From positions 1 to 64,000 of the forward strand of contig JBDLKA010000001.1 of NCBI GenBank assembly GCA_039714075.1: 64,000 nucleotides of DNA. The letters are read 5' to 3'. Below the pieces are notes generated by a model that saw only the letters and a list, made by a program, of their open reading frames with translations, was not told the DNA's origin and made no database searches. The position numbers and the translations under genes were made by a program. This document shows positions 29,069 through 38,109 of this stretch, piece by piece; within the stretch, counting starts at the first letter, position 1; each line of letters starts with the position of its first letter. This DNA comes from Candidatus Krumholzibacteriota bacterium (GTDB lineage: Bacteria; Krumholzibacteriota; Krumholzibacteriia; LZORAL124-64-63).

Positions 29069-29415
29069 TGGTCATCCCCGCGGCATTGATTCAATCGGTC
29101 CCGGCCACTTTGGCCGGCGGCTCGTTTGCCGCGGACGGGGGAATGTCGTGGTGGCAGACCCTGGGCGGGCTGGTGGCTGTCTTCGGCCTGCTGCTGGTCA
29201 GTCTGAAACTCCTGGGAAAATGGAACCGCCGGACCGGCGGGGCCGAATCCTCCCTTCTGACCGTGTGGCATCTGGGACCCAAAAGGGAGATCCAGGTCCT
29301 GCGGTTGGGCGACCAGGTCCATTACGTCTACCGCCACGATGGCGCCATGGTCACTCTCCGGACCGAACCCCTGGTCGATTTCGAACGCACCCAGGCCGGC
29401 GCCCCGGCCGGCTGA
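29065..29415 (+). CDS. fliO: FliO-like export chaperone
   Basis: TM followed by LGPKREIQVLRLGD. Between fliN and fliP. Confidence 0.75.
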   Translation: MMVIPAALIQSVPATLAGGSFAADGGMSWWQTLGGLVAVFGLLLVSLKLLGKWNRRTGGAESSLLTVWHLGPKREIQVLRLGDQVHYVYRHDGAMVTLRTEPLVDFERTQAGAPAG

Positions 29416-29574
29416 TCCCATCTGGCTAGAATCTGGTCGAATTCCTTCCAAATCATCATTATCCCGGGTCGTCTGGACTTTTTCCGGTTGGCCGCGGGCC
29501 TGTCTTGCCATTCTTAACTTGTGATATATTAAGGCCTTAAGAATATTTTTACTGGGATCCCGAACGCACCAGTA

Positions 29575-29590
29575 TGGCATGCCCATTGCC
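29575..29590 (+). promoter_or_regulatory. sigma54 promoter candidate upstream of fliP
   Basis: TGGCATGCCCATTGCC (GG-N10-GC) after an AT-rich gap. Confidence 0.6.
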
Positions 29591-29627
29591 TTACCCTGAT
29601 TGGGAACATCCGGCGCCCCCGTGGGGC

Positions 29628-30491
29628 GTGGTCATTCTTTTCAGGAAGCCGGGCACAATTTTGAATTCGCGCGACAACAATTCTTGGGCACCCAAGGGAA
29701 CCCTGGTGGTTCTCGCGGTCCTGATCGGGATTTCCGTATCAGCCGCATCCGTCCGGGCGGAGGACGCCGCCCAACCCGAGCCCATGGCGACCGCCCAGGT
29801 GGGAAACATCCCTCCGGTGGCTCCGGTGATGACCCTGACCCTCGAAGGCGCGGACGGGCCCAGGTCCATGGACTCCGCCCTGAAAATCGTCCTCCTGATG
29901 ACCGTTCTGTCACTGGCGCCCGCCTTCCTGGTTCTGCTGACCAGTTTCACCCGCATCGTCATCGTTCTGGGATTCCTGCGCCAGGCCATCGGCGCCAACC
30001 AGGCCCCCAACAACCAGATCATCATCGGTCTGGCCCTGTTCCTGACCCTGGTGGTCATGTCGCCGACCCTGCACCAGATGAACCAGGACGCCATCCAGCC
30101 CTTCATGAACGAACAGATGAGCCAGGGGGAGGCCTTCACCAAGGTCCAGGTTCCCCTGAAGGAGTTCATGCTCAGTCAGGTCCGTGAAAAGGATGTGGCT
30201 CTGTTTCTGGACCTGACCGAAACCGAAGCCCCGGACACGCCCCAGGATCTGCCGATGCTGGTGGTGATCCCCAGCTTCGTCCTGAGTGAATTGAAGACCG
30301 CCTTCCAGATGGGTTTCGTTCTCTTCATCCCGTTTCTGATCATCGACATGGTGGTGGCTTCGGTTCTGATGTCCATGGGCATGATGATGCTGCCGCCGGT
30401 CCTGATCAGCCTTCCCTTCAAGATATTGCTCTTCGTTCTCGTCGACGGATGGTTCCTGGTCGTCAAGTCGTTGGTCCAGGCCTTTCAGTAG
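29628..30491 (+). CDS. fliP: Export gate FliP (start uncertain: GTG 29628 or TTG 29661)
   Basis: LAPAF...TSFTRI, SELKTAFQMG, MGMMMLPP, LPFKILLFVLVDGW motifs. Confidence 0.95.
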   Translation: MVILFRKPGTILNSRDNNSWAPKGTLVVLAVLIGISVSAASVRAEDAAQPEPMATAQVGNIPPVAPVMTLTLEGADGPRSMDSALKIVLLMTVLSLAPAFLVLLTSFTRIVIVLGFLRQAIGANQAPNNQIIIGLALFLTLVVMSPTLHQMNQDAIQPFMNEQMSQGEAFTKVQVPLKEFMLSQVREKDVALFLDLTETEAPDTPQDLPMLVVIPSFVLSELKTAFQMGFVLFIPFLIIDMVVASVLMSMGMMMLPPVLISLPFKILLFVLVDGWFLVVKSLVQAFQ

Positions 30492-30509
30492 GGGAAAAGG
30501 AATTCAGTC

Positions 30510-30773
30510 ATGACACCTGAAACGGTTATCGAAATCGGACAATACGCCATGAAGACGGCGATATTCGTGGCCGGGCCGATGCTGGTCGCCGGCATGATCG
30601 TGGGCCTGGCCATCAGTATCTTCCAGGCCGCCACGCAGATCAACGAGATGACCATGACTTTCGTACCCAAGATCCTGACGGTGTTCCTGGTCCTGATCCT
30701 GACCCTGCCCTGGGCCATCAACCAGATGACGGGGTTCACCGTGGCCATGTTCAACCGCATCGCCGGAATGTAG
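30510..30773 (+). CDS. fliQ: Export gate FliQ
   Basis: FQAATQINEMTMTFVPK. Confidence 0.97.
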   Translation: MTPETVIEIGQYAMKTAIFVAGPMLVAGMIVGLAISIFQAATQINEMTMTFVPKILTVFLVLILTLPWAINQMTGFTVAMFNRIAGM

Positions 30774-30781
30774 GCGGACCG

Positions 30782-31564
30782 GTGCGGTTCGAACTGGACA
30801 TAACTCTTCTGGCGGTAACCGCGGCCCTGGCTGTCCGCTTCGGCGTTCTGGCGGCCACCCTTCCCCTGCTGGACAGGAGAAGCGTCCCGCCTCTGTGGAG
30901 GGTTGTCCTGGCCGTCGGTTTTGCCGCCGCCCTGGCGCCCGGCATCTCCCGCGCCCTGCCGCCGGGAATGGCATCCTTGGCCTGGCCCGATCTGGTGATG
31001 GAAGCGGTGCGCTCGCTGGTGGTGGGGGCGCTTTTGGGGTTCACCATCAACCTGGTCTTCACGGCCGTCCGTTACGCGGGCTCCATTGCAGGCATGCAGA
31101 TCGGATTCGCCATCGTCAACTCCTACGATCCCATGAGCAACTCCCAGGTTTCCGTGATTTCCCAGCTCTACTACCTGTTGGCCGTCCTGCTCTTTTTCGT
31201 CACCGGCGCGCATCAGATTCTCGTGGCGGCCATGTACCAGTCATGCCTGGCAGTGCCGCCCTTCACTCCGGGGGATCCGGTCGGCGGTGCCTGGTTCCTG
31301 ATGCGTGAATTCGGCACCGTATTCTCTCTCGGACTGCAGATCGCCGCGCCCATCGTGATCGTCCTTCTCCTGGTCAGCGCTTCGATGGGGGTCATCGTGA
31401 AAACCGTGCCCCAGCTCAATGTCCTGGTGGTGGGGTTTCCCATCAAGATCGGGGTGGGGCTCATCACCCTGGGGCTTTCGCTGGTGTTCTTCCGGGAAAT
31501 CACCACTTCGGTGATGGCGGGTATGCAGGGCCGGCTGGCTGATCTGCTGCTGGCCATGAAATAG
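30782..31564 (+). CDS. fliR: Export gate FliR
   Basis: Multi-TM. AG...GMQIGF...YDP and PQLNVLVVGFPIKI motifs. Confidence 0.93.
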   Translation: MRFELDITLLAVTAALAVRFGVLAATLPLLDRRSVPPLWRVVLAVGFAAALAPGISRALPPGMASLAWPDLVMEAVRSLVVGALLGFTINLVFTAVRYAGSIAGMQIGFAIVNSYDPMSNSQVSVISQLYYLLAVLLFFVTGAHQILVAAMYQSCLAVPPFTPGDPVGGAWFLMREFGTVFSLGLQIAAPIVIVLLLVSASMGVIVKTVPQLNVLVVGFPIKIGVGLITLGLSLVFFREITTSVMAGMQGRLADLLLAMK

Positions 31565-31580
31565 TACGGGGAGGTGAATC

Positions 31581-32642
31581 ATGGCCGATGAAACAGGCGC
31601 CGAAAGAACAGAAAAAGCGACAGTCAAGCGCAGGGAACAGGCACGCGAACGCGGGCAGGTGGCACGCAGCACGGAAGTCACCAGCGCCGTTCTGCTGTTT
31701 GCCGGCGTCCTGGTCCTCGTGGGCGGCAGCGGGCATTTCTCTTCGGTCCTCGGCCGGAACACTTTCTATCTCTTGTCGCAAGCACACATCCTGGGTCCGG
31801 ACAACCAGTTCGCCTTGCAGGAACTGGTGCGGGGCAACCTCGAAATTCTCTTGTCGGCGTTGGCTCCCCTGCTGCTGGTCGTTCTGCTGGCGGCCGTGGG
31901 CGCCAACGTGATGCAGGTCGGCTTCCACGCCAGCACCAAGGCCATTGCCTTCAAGACCGAAAAGCTGAATCCCGTCACCGGAATGAAACGCTTCTTCCAG
32001 AAGACGACCTACTTCGACATGGTCAAACACTTCCTCAAGATCCTGGTCATCGGGCTCCTGGCCTGGGTCACGATCCAGGGCCTGCTGGAGCATCTGGTGG
32101 GGGCGGCGGTCCTGCCGCTACCGGCCATCGTGGATATGGCCCGGACCGATTTTGTGCACCTGATGGTAAAACTCCTTCTCTTCATGGCCATCCTTGCCGT
32201 CATCGACTGGTTTTGGCAAAAGAACCGGCATGAGGAAAACCTCAAAATGACCCGGCAGGAAGTGAAGCGGGAAAACAGGGACATCGAAGGGGATCCCCAG
32301 ATCAAGGCCCGTGTCCGGGGCCTCCAGTACGAGATGGCCCGCAAGCGAATGCTGGCCGATGTGCCCACCGCGGACGTCGTGGTGACCAATCCGACCCATT
32401 TCGCGGTGGCCTTGAAATACGCCCCCGGCTCGTCGGCTCCCCAGGTGGTTGCCAAGGGTCAGGACCATGTGGCACAGATGATCAAAAAAGTGGCCCGCCA
32501 GTCACGCGTTCCCGTCATGGAAAACAAGCCTTTGGCCCGCGCATTGCACAAGGAAGTCGAAGTGGGGGCCGGAATTCCCGAAAGCCTGTACCAGGCCTTG
32601 GCCGAAGTGCTGGCCTACGTGTACCACCGGAAAAGGTCCTGA
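31581..32642 (+). CDS. flhB: Export switch protein FlhB
   Basis: ERTEKAT, EGDPQIK, NPTH autocleavage motif, VAKG, LARAL. Confidence 0.96.
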   Translation: MADETGAERTEKATVKRREQARERGQVARSTEVTSAVLLFAGVLVLVGGSGHFSSVLGRNTFYLLSQAHILGPDNQFALQELVRGNLEILLSALAPLLLVVLLAAVGANVMQVGFHASTKAIAFKTEKLNPVTGMKRFFQKTTYFDMVKHFLKILVIGLLAWVTIQGLLEHLVGAAVLPLPAIVDMARTDFVHLMVKLLLFMAILAVIDWFWQKNRHEENLKMTRQEVKRENRDIEGDPQIKARVRGLQYEMARKRMLADVPTADVVVTNPTHFAVALKYAPGSSAPQVVAKGQDHVAQMIKKVARQSRVPVMENKPLARALHKEVEVGAGIPESLYQALAEVLAYVYHRKRS

Positions 32643-32672
32643 CCCGGGCCGTCGGACAAGGGAGACTGAAGC

Positions 32673-34790
32673 TTGCAGCAGGATCAAGTCATCAACAGGG
32701 ATCTCGTGCTGGCCAACAGCAACGTGCTGAGCGCCGGCGCGGTTTTGGTCATTCTGGGCCTGTTGGTGGTTCCGGTGCCGCCGATCCTGTTGGATCTGAT
32801 GCTGACCTTCAGCATCGCTTTTTCGGTGACGGTCCTGCTGGTGTCCCTCTACATCAAGCAGCCCCTTCAATTCAACAGCTTCCCTTCCCTGCTTCTGATT
32901 CTCACCCTGATGCGCCTGTCCCTGAACGTGGCTTCCACCCGCCTGATCCTCAGCAAGGGTTCGGCGGGCCAGGTCATCCAGAGTTTCGGCGATTTTGTCG
33001 TGGGGGGGAACTACGTCATCGGGGTGATCGTCTTCATCATCCTGGTGGTCATCAACTTCATGGTCATCACCAAGGGGTCCGGGCGCATCGCCGAAGTGGC
33101 CGCCCGCTTCACCCTCGACGCCATGCCCGGCAAGCAGATGGCCATCGACGCCGACCTCAACGCCGGCCTGATCAATGAAGCGCAGGCCAGGGCCAGGCGT
33201 CAGGAAATTTCCCAGGAAGCTGAATTTTTCGGGGCCATGGACGGGGCCAGCAAATTCGTCAAGGGCGACGCCGTCGCCGGCATCATCATCACCGTCATCA
33301 ATATCGCCGCGGGCTTTGTCGTCGGCATGATCCAGATGGGGATGTCCGGTAGCGAAGCCCTGAGCCGTTTCACGATCCTGACGGTGGGCGACGGCCTGGT
33401 GTGCCAGATCCCCGCCCTGTTGGTCTCCACCAGCGCCGGCCTGGTGGTGACCCGTTCCAGCGGCAGCCACAATCTCGGGCAGGCGGTCACCCTGCAGATC
33501 TTCCGGCAACGCAAGGCCCTGTTCCTTTCCGCGGGGGCCATGATGGTTCTCGCCCTGGTGCCGGGGTTGCCGACCGGCCCCTTCATGTTCCTGTCCGTGG
33601 CCACGGCTTTGACCGGGTTCATCCTGGGCCGCAAGGTGGCCAGCTACGATGAAGACAAGGCCCGCAGCCTGGAAATCGACCGGATGGCGGAAGTGCAGCC
33701 CGAAGAGGAATCCGACGGGATACGTTCGGAAGACCTGTTTGTACTGGATCGCCTGGAACTGGAGATCGGGTACGGGTTGATCCCACTGGTCGATGACTCG
33801 CGCGGAGGGGATCTGCTGGCCCGGGTGGGCAACATCAGGCGTCAGGTGGGTAAGGAACTGGGGATTTTCGTTCATCCCATCCGCGTCCGGGACAACCTCC
33901 AGCTTGGCGCCCAGCAATACGTCATCCGGCTGAAGGGCGTGGAAATCGCCCGGGCCGAACTGATGCCCGATAAACTGCTGGCCATGAACACCAGGCCGGA
34001 CACGGGAGAGATCGAGGGCACCTCCACCACCGAACCCGCCTTTGGCCTGCCCGCGGTTTGGATCGACCGGGATAACAAACAAGCCGCCGAACGCGAGGGC
34101 TTCACCGTGGTCGAACCACCTGCGGTTCTGGCCACCCATCTGTCGGAATTGATCCGCATCCACGCCGATGAGCTCTTGAGCCGCCAAGACGTCAAGGACA
34201 TGTGCGAATCCATCAGGGAATTCGCGCCCTCCCTGGTGGAAGACCTGATCCCCGACAAGGTGCCGGTCAACACGCTGCACAATGTTCTGCGGGCCCTGCT
34301 GCATGAACGTGTTCCCGTGCGGGACATAATTTCCATTCTGGAAACCCTGGCCGACCACGGGGGCGGCAACCTGGCCACGGATTACCTGGTGGTCAAGGTG
34401 CGCGAGGCGCTGGGCCGTTCCATCACCGCCCTGTACGCGGAAAACGGTGGCCGCCTGCACGTCGTTTCCCTGCATCCGGAAACGGAGCAGGTGTTCCTGC
34501 AGGCCAGCCGCAATTCGGAGCAGGCGGGTGGCGTGGTGCTTGATCCCGGTTTCACCCAGGAATTCCTGACCCGCACCGAAGCCGTTCTTCGTGCGGCCTC
34601 CGCCAACGGGCCACAGCCGGTCCTGCTGGTGCCCACACCCATCCGCCTCTTCGTGAAAAGTCTCGTCGAACCGACCTTTCCCAATCTGGCCGTCATGGGC
34701 TACACCGAAGTTTCCGATTCGGTGACCATCCAGTCGGCAGGAACGGTGGTGGCCAATGGAATTCCCCAGGAACAACACGCAGCCGGCTGA
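32673..34790 (+). CDS. flhA: Export gate FlhA (TTG start)
   Basis: RIAEVAARFTLDAMPGKQMAIDADL, FFGAMDGASKFVKGDA, GDGLV, LEIGYGL motifs. Confidence 0.97.
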   Translation: MQQDQVINRDLVLANSNVLSAGAVLVILGLLVVPVPPILLDLMLTFSIAFSVTVLLVSLYIKQPLQFNSFPSLLLILTLMRLSLNVASTRLILSKGSAGQVIQSFGDFVVGGNYVIGVIVFIILVVINFMVITKGSGRIAEVAARFTLDAMPGKQMAIDADLNAGLINEAQARARRQEISQEAEFFGAMDGASKFVKGDAVAGIIITVINIAAGFVVGMIQMGMSGSEALSRFTILTVGDGLVCQIPALLVSTSAGLVVTRSSGSHNLGQAVTLQIFRQRKALFLSAGAMMVLALVPGLPTGPFMFLSVATALTGFILGRKVASYDEDKARSLEIDRMAEVQPEEESDGIRSEDLFVLDRLELEIGYGLIPLVDDSRGGDLLARVGNIRRQVGKELGIFVHPIRVRDNLQLGAQQYVIRLKGVEIARAELMPDKLLAMNTRPDTGEIEGTSTTEPAFGLPAVWIDRDNKQAAEREGFTVVEPPAVLATHLSELIRIHADELLSRQDVKDMCESIREFAPSLVEDLIPDKVPVNTLHNVLRALLHERVPVRDIISILETLADHGGGNLATDYLVVKVREALGRSITALYAENGGRLHVVSLHPETEQVFLQASRNSEQAGGVVLDPGFTQEFLTRTEAVLRAASANGPQPVLLVPTPIRLFVKSLVEPTFPNLAVMGYTEVSDSVTIQSAGTVVANGIPQEQHAAG

Positions 34791-35901
34791 CGGACGGACG
34801 TCCGTCGTGACCGGGCCCACCCTCAGCGAAACCTTCAAGCTGGTTCGTCAGGAATTTGGCCCGGACGCAGTGATCGCTGGGTCACGAACCAATACGCGCC
34901 GCAAAAGCAACGGGTGGGGGACCGAGCAGGTTGTCGAAGTCCTGGTCCAGAACCCGGGAGCCTTCCCGGTGGTAGCCGAGGGAGACCGCGACCCGGAAGA
35001 AAACCTGACCGGTGACATCCGCCGCGAAGTGGAACGTCTGGAAAAAATGGTGGAAGAAATATGCAAAGGGGACGCGCTTGCCGATGCCCCTGAAAAGATT
35101 CAACCGGCGAATCCGTTGGGCGAATACCTGGAGCAGAACGGGGCTTCCCCGGGCGCGGTCACCAGGCTTTTGAACCGGTTCGCAGGTGAGACGGGTTCGT
35201 CCGTGGACGACAGGCCGGCCGCCATTCGCTGGTTGGCGTCCCGGCTGGATACCGTCCCCGGGGACCTGACTGCCCCTGCGGGCATCCACGCCTTCCTGAC
35301 GGAACACGCCGGTGACAGGTTGGACCTCGTTCTTCATCTGGCCCGGCGGATGACGGACCTGGGTCGCCGTGTCCTGGTGCTCTCCATCCTGCCTGATCCG
35401 GAAACACAGTTGCCCAGGTTGCGTGCCGTGGCCGCCGCATCCGGCCACGATGCCGCGGTTGTGCAGGACCTCGACCAACTGGCGGACCTTCAACAACAGC
35501 TCGACGGATATGATCTGATCCTCATGGATTTGCCGGCCCTGGCAGATCCGGCCCTGGGCGAAGGAACCCCCCTCCACAAGTGGTTGGCGGCCGATGTCCA
35601 GGTCCAACGTCATCTGCAGGTGCCCATGGACCGCGATTTCCTGGATCTGGCCGACCTGCGGGAAGCGGCGCGCCTCTGGAATTGCGACTCGCTGGCCCTG
35701 GCCCGGCTGGATGGGACCCGCCGACCCGCCAAGCTCCTGGATCTGATCGACACCATTCCTCTTCCGGTTTCGCTGCTGGCGGACAGCGCCACGGGGAGCG
35801 GCTACCTGGAGGCGGCCACCCCGGATTTGCTGTTGGACAGGATCCTGGCCCTGAAATCAGGTCCCAACTTCAAACCGGGTCTGGAAATTGAAAGCGCCTG
35901 A
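34756..35901 (+). CDS. flhF: FlhF-derived protein with degenerate GTPase motifs
   Basis: FlhF B-domain start (VRQEFGPDAVI...VVEV) directly after flhA. The G-domain layout is recognisable, but P-loop, DTAG and TKLD are replaced. Confidence 0.65.
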   Translation: MEFPRNNTQPADGRTSVVTGPTLSETFKLVRQEFGPDAVIAGSRTNTRRKSNGWGTEQVVEVLVQNPGAFPVVAEGDRDPEENLTGDIRREVERLEKMVEEICKGDALADAPEKIQPANPLGEYLEQNGASPGAVTRLLNRFAGETGSSVDDRPAAIRWLASRLDTVPGDLTAPAGIHAFLTEHAGDRLDLVLHLARRMTDLGRRVLVLSILPDPETQLPRLRAVAAASGHDAAVVQDLDQLADLQQQLDGYDLILMDLPALADPALGEGTPLHKWLAADVQVQRHLQVPMDRDFLDLADLREAARLWNCDSLALARLDGTRRPAKLLDLIDTIPLPVSLLADSATGSGYLEAATPDLLLDRILALKSGPNFKPGLEIESA

Positions 35902-35924
35902 AGGGCGAAAGGAAATCAGACGGT

Positions 35925-36158
35925 ATGCAGAAGTTCATCCACAACGTCGCCCTGCTGGCCAGTTTCGTGGTCCTGTCCTGCGGGCTTTGGCAGGACTGGG
36001 GAGCGTGGCTCACCGTCAAGCGGATGTTCGTTTCCTACATGGGGTTTTTCATCTGCGGATCGGGCCTTTTTCTGGCCTTCAGGGCCGTTCTCCGGTTCGA
36101 GTCCGGACCCCGGGACGCAAAGAGTGACAAGTCCGTCGGCCGGGTCGCAAAAGGTTGA
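35925..36158 (+). CDS. Small two-TM hypothetical protein
   Basis: Two hydrophobic segments, AAAGGA RBS, located in the operon before fliA. Confidence 0.6.
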   Translation: MQKFIHNVALLASFVVLSCGLWQDWGAWLTVKRMFVSYMGFFICGSGLFLAFRAVLRFESGPRDAKSDKSVGRVAKG

Positions 36159-36185
36159 CGGCACCCGTACGCGCAGGGCGGCTGA

Positions 36186-36201
36186 TGGCATGGAAAGTGC
36201 A
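36186..36201 (+). promoter_or_regulatory. sigma54 promoter candidate upstream of fliA
   Basis: TGGCATGGAAAGTGCA (GG-N10-GC), followed by the palindrome TGCAAC-AGG-GTTGCA. Confidence 0.5.
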
Positions 36202-36239
36202 AATGCAACAGGGTTGCACCTCACCAGAAAGGTTGGCTA

Positions 36240-37190
36240 ATGATCGACACAGTCCAGATCGCGCACCAGGATCTCTGGGAACAGACCGAAGGCAGACACA
36301 GCCAGGAAGCCCGCCGGGACCTGGTCAATATCTATGCCCGCATCGTTAAATACGTGGCCGGAAGAATGGCCATCGGGCTGCCTCACTACGTTGAATTCAA
36401 CGACCTGATTTCCGCCGGTCTTCTGGGGCTGATCCAGGCGATCGATAATTTCGACCACGAGCGGGGGATAAAGTTCGAAACCTATGCCATTCCCCGCATC
36501 CGGGGCTCCATTCTGGATGAACTGCGCAGCCAGGACTGGTTCCCGCGCTCGCTGCGGCGCAAGGCAAAGCAACTGGAAGAAGCCTACTCCACTCTGGAAG
36601 TCCAGCTTGGCCGTCCCGCCACCGACGCGGAAGTCGCCAAAAAGCTCAGTATAAAAATCGAGGAGCTGGACAGCATGGTGGGCGAGGTCTCCATCGCCAC
36701 GATCATGTCCCTGGACGCCGACACCTCCGGCGACGACAACGAGAATTCCACCAGCCTGGGGGACTATCTGGCCGACGTGAACAACGAAGACGTCGAACAG
36801 ATCCTGGCCCGGCAGGAGATGAAGGAACTGATCGGGACGCGCATGGCGGAACTTCCCGAAAAGGAACAGCTGGTCCTGGTCCTGTACTACTACGAGGAAT
36901 TGACCCTCAAGGAAATCGGGGAAATCCTCGACGTCACCGAAAGCCGGGTCTGCCAGATCCACACCAAGGCAATTCTGAGGCTGAAGGGCAAGATCGAACG
37001 GCACGAGGGCAAGAGCTCCATCGGCCAGATAACGCAGCAGATCCAGCGTCAGCAGCAGCCTCAGGAGGGTACTGCCAAGGCAGGCACCGACAAGGCAGGC
37101 ACCCTGGTGGAAAAAACCCTGAAGACCCTGGAGCCGGTGAACGTCATGGCCTGTGTGACCCTGTTTCACCTTTGCACATTCCTGACCTGA
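36240..37190 (+). CDS. fliA: RNA polymerase sigma28 FliA/WhiG with ~60 aa C-terminal extension
   Basis: DLISAGLLGL, KFETYA..RIRGSILDELRSQDWFPRS, YYYEELTLKEIG, ESRVCQIH motifs. Confidence 0.95.
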   Translation: MIDTVQIAHQDLWEQTEGRHSQEARRDLVNIYARIVKYVAGRMAIGLPHYVEFNDLISAGLLGLIQAIDNFDHERGIKFETYAIPRIRGSILDELRSQDWFPRSLRRKAKQLEEAYSTLEVQLGRPATDAEVAKKLSIKIEELDSMVGEVSIATIMSLDADTSGDDNENSTSLGDYLADVNNEDVEQILARQEMKELIGTRMAELPEKEQLVLVLYYYEELTLKEIGEILDVTESRVCQIHTKAILRLKGKIERHEGKSSIGQITQQIQRQQQPQEGTAKAGTDKAGTLVEKTLKTLEPVNVMACVTLFHLCTFLT

Positions 37191-37262
37191 ATGGCGAAAA
37201 CTGGGGGGGGTGACCGGGGCCGCAGCCTGACCATTCGTATCTGTAGATGACGAGGAGCGAAC

Positions 37263-37637
37263 ATGCCCGGTGATGGAGTTTCCCTGCCGACCACCCTGGC
37301 CCAGATGGGCAACGTGGCCAGGACCCAGGCCCGGGGACAGCAGGCCTCGCCCCAGGTGACGCCCTTCTCCGAGCAGAAGGACGACAAGAACGAGTTGAAG
37401 ATCCAAGGGGTCAAGGAAACCACCGAAGCCGAACAAAGCCGGGTCATTGCCGATCAGGAGGAAAACGACAAACGGAAACGTCGCCGCCTGAAACGCCGGC
37501 GGAAAAGGATCACCAGGTCAGGGAATGATCAGCAGGCAAGTCGGGAAAAGGACTTGAACAATGACCAGGACGACTCGACGCGGACCAGCGTCGAAGAGGA
37601 AGAGGATCTGGGCAGCCTGATCGACATGAGGGTTTGA
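37263..37637 (+). CDS. Hypothetical low-complexity flagellar-operon protein
   Basis: GAGGAG RBS. Gln-rich and charged, ends in LGSLIDMRV (G..ID-type tail seen in small ORFs after fliA). Confidence 0.6.
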   Translation: MPGDGVSLPTTLAQMGNVARTQARGQQASPQVTPFSEQKDDKNELKIQGVKETTEAEQSRVIADQEENDKRKRRRLKRRRKRITRSGNDQQASREKDLNNDQDDSTRTSVEEEEDLGSLIDMRV

Positions 37638-37655
37638 TTTCCCAGGAGGGAAACC

Positions 37656-38045
37656 GTGGATTTCACCGCCATTTGGGAAAGTATCGCAGGCCAGGAGCCC
37701 GTGTTCCTGGCGGCCACAGGATCTGTGGCCCTCGGGATCACCCTCATTCTGATGGCTGGAATCGTCCCGCTGAAGCGGGTCCGGACATGGGCCCGTCCTG
37801 AGGCCCCTGCGGAAGAGCCCCGAACGCTACCCACGGCTGTCGTTGCACCGGAACACCATCAATCACGGACCGAACCCGCCCGGAACCCTGAATTGCGGCA
37901 TCTTATGACCAGATTGAGGGCCGCGGCGGACAAACTGGAACATTCAACGGCCGCAAATGCCGATTATCCCGATAACCCCGCCGATTCCCCACTAAAGAAG
38001 GTTCCCTCCGGAGTCGAATATATCTTCAGAGCCGGAACGGGATGA
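37656..38045 (+). CDS. Hypothetical membrane-anchored protein
   Basis: AGGAGG RBS with GTG start, N-terminal TM. Confidence 0.55.
   Translation: MDFTAIWESIAGQEPVFLAATGSVALGITLILMAGIVPLKRVRTWARPEAPAEEPRTLPTAVVAPEHHQSRTEPARNPELRHLMTRLRAAADKLEHSTAANADYPDNPADSPLKKVPSGVEYIFRAGTG
37992..38020 (+). promoter_or_regulatory. sigma28-type promoter candidate upstream of the HDOD genes
   Basis: CTAAA-N16-GTCGAATA resembles TAAA-N15/16-GCCGATAA. Confidence 0.4.
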
Positions 38046-38109
38046 AAAGCACCTCCCGGAACGGTGATGCGTACCTTGGCTTGAATACGCCCCGACTTCA
38101 GGAGAAAGC

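Noticed and set aside
18987..34790. Non-flagellar injectisome
   Set aside because: Components are flagellar-type (FliE, FliG, FliM, FliO, MotAB, FlhF, FliA). No secretin, needle or translocon genes were seen.
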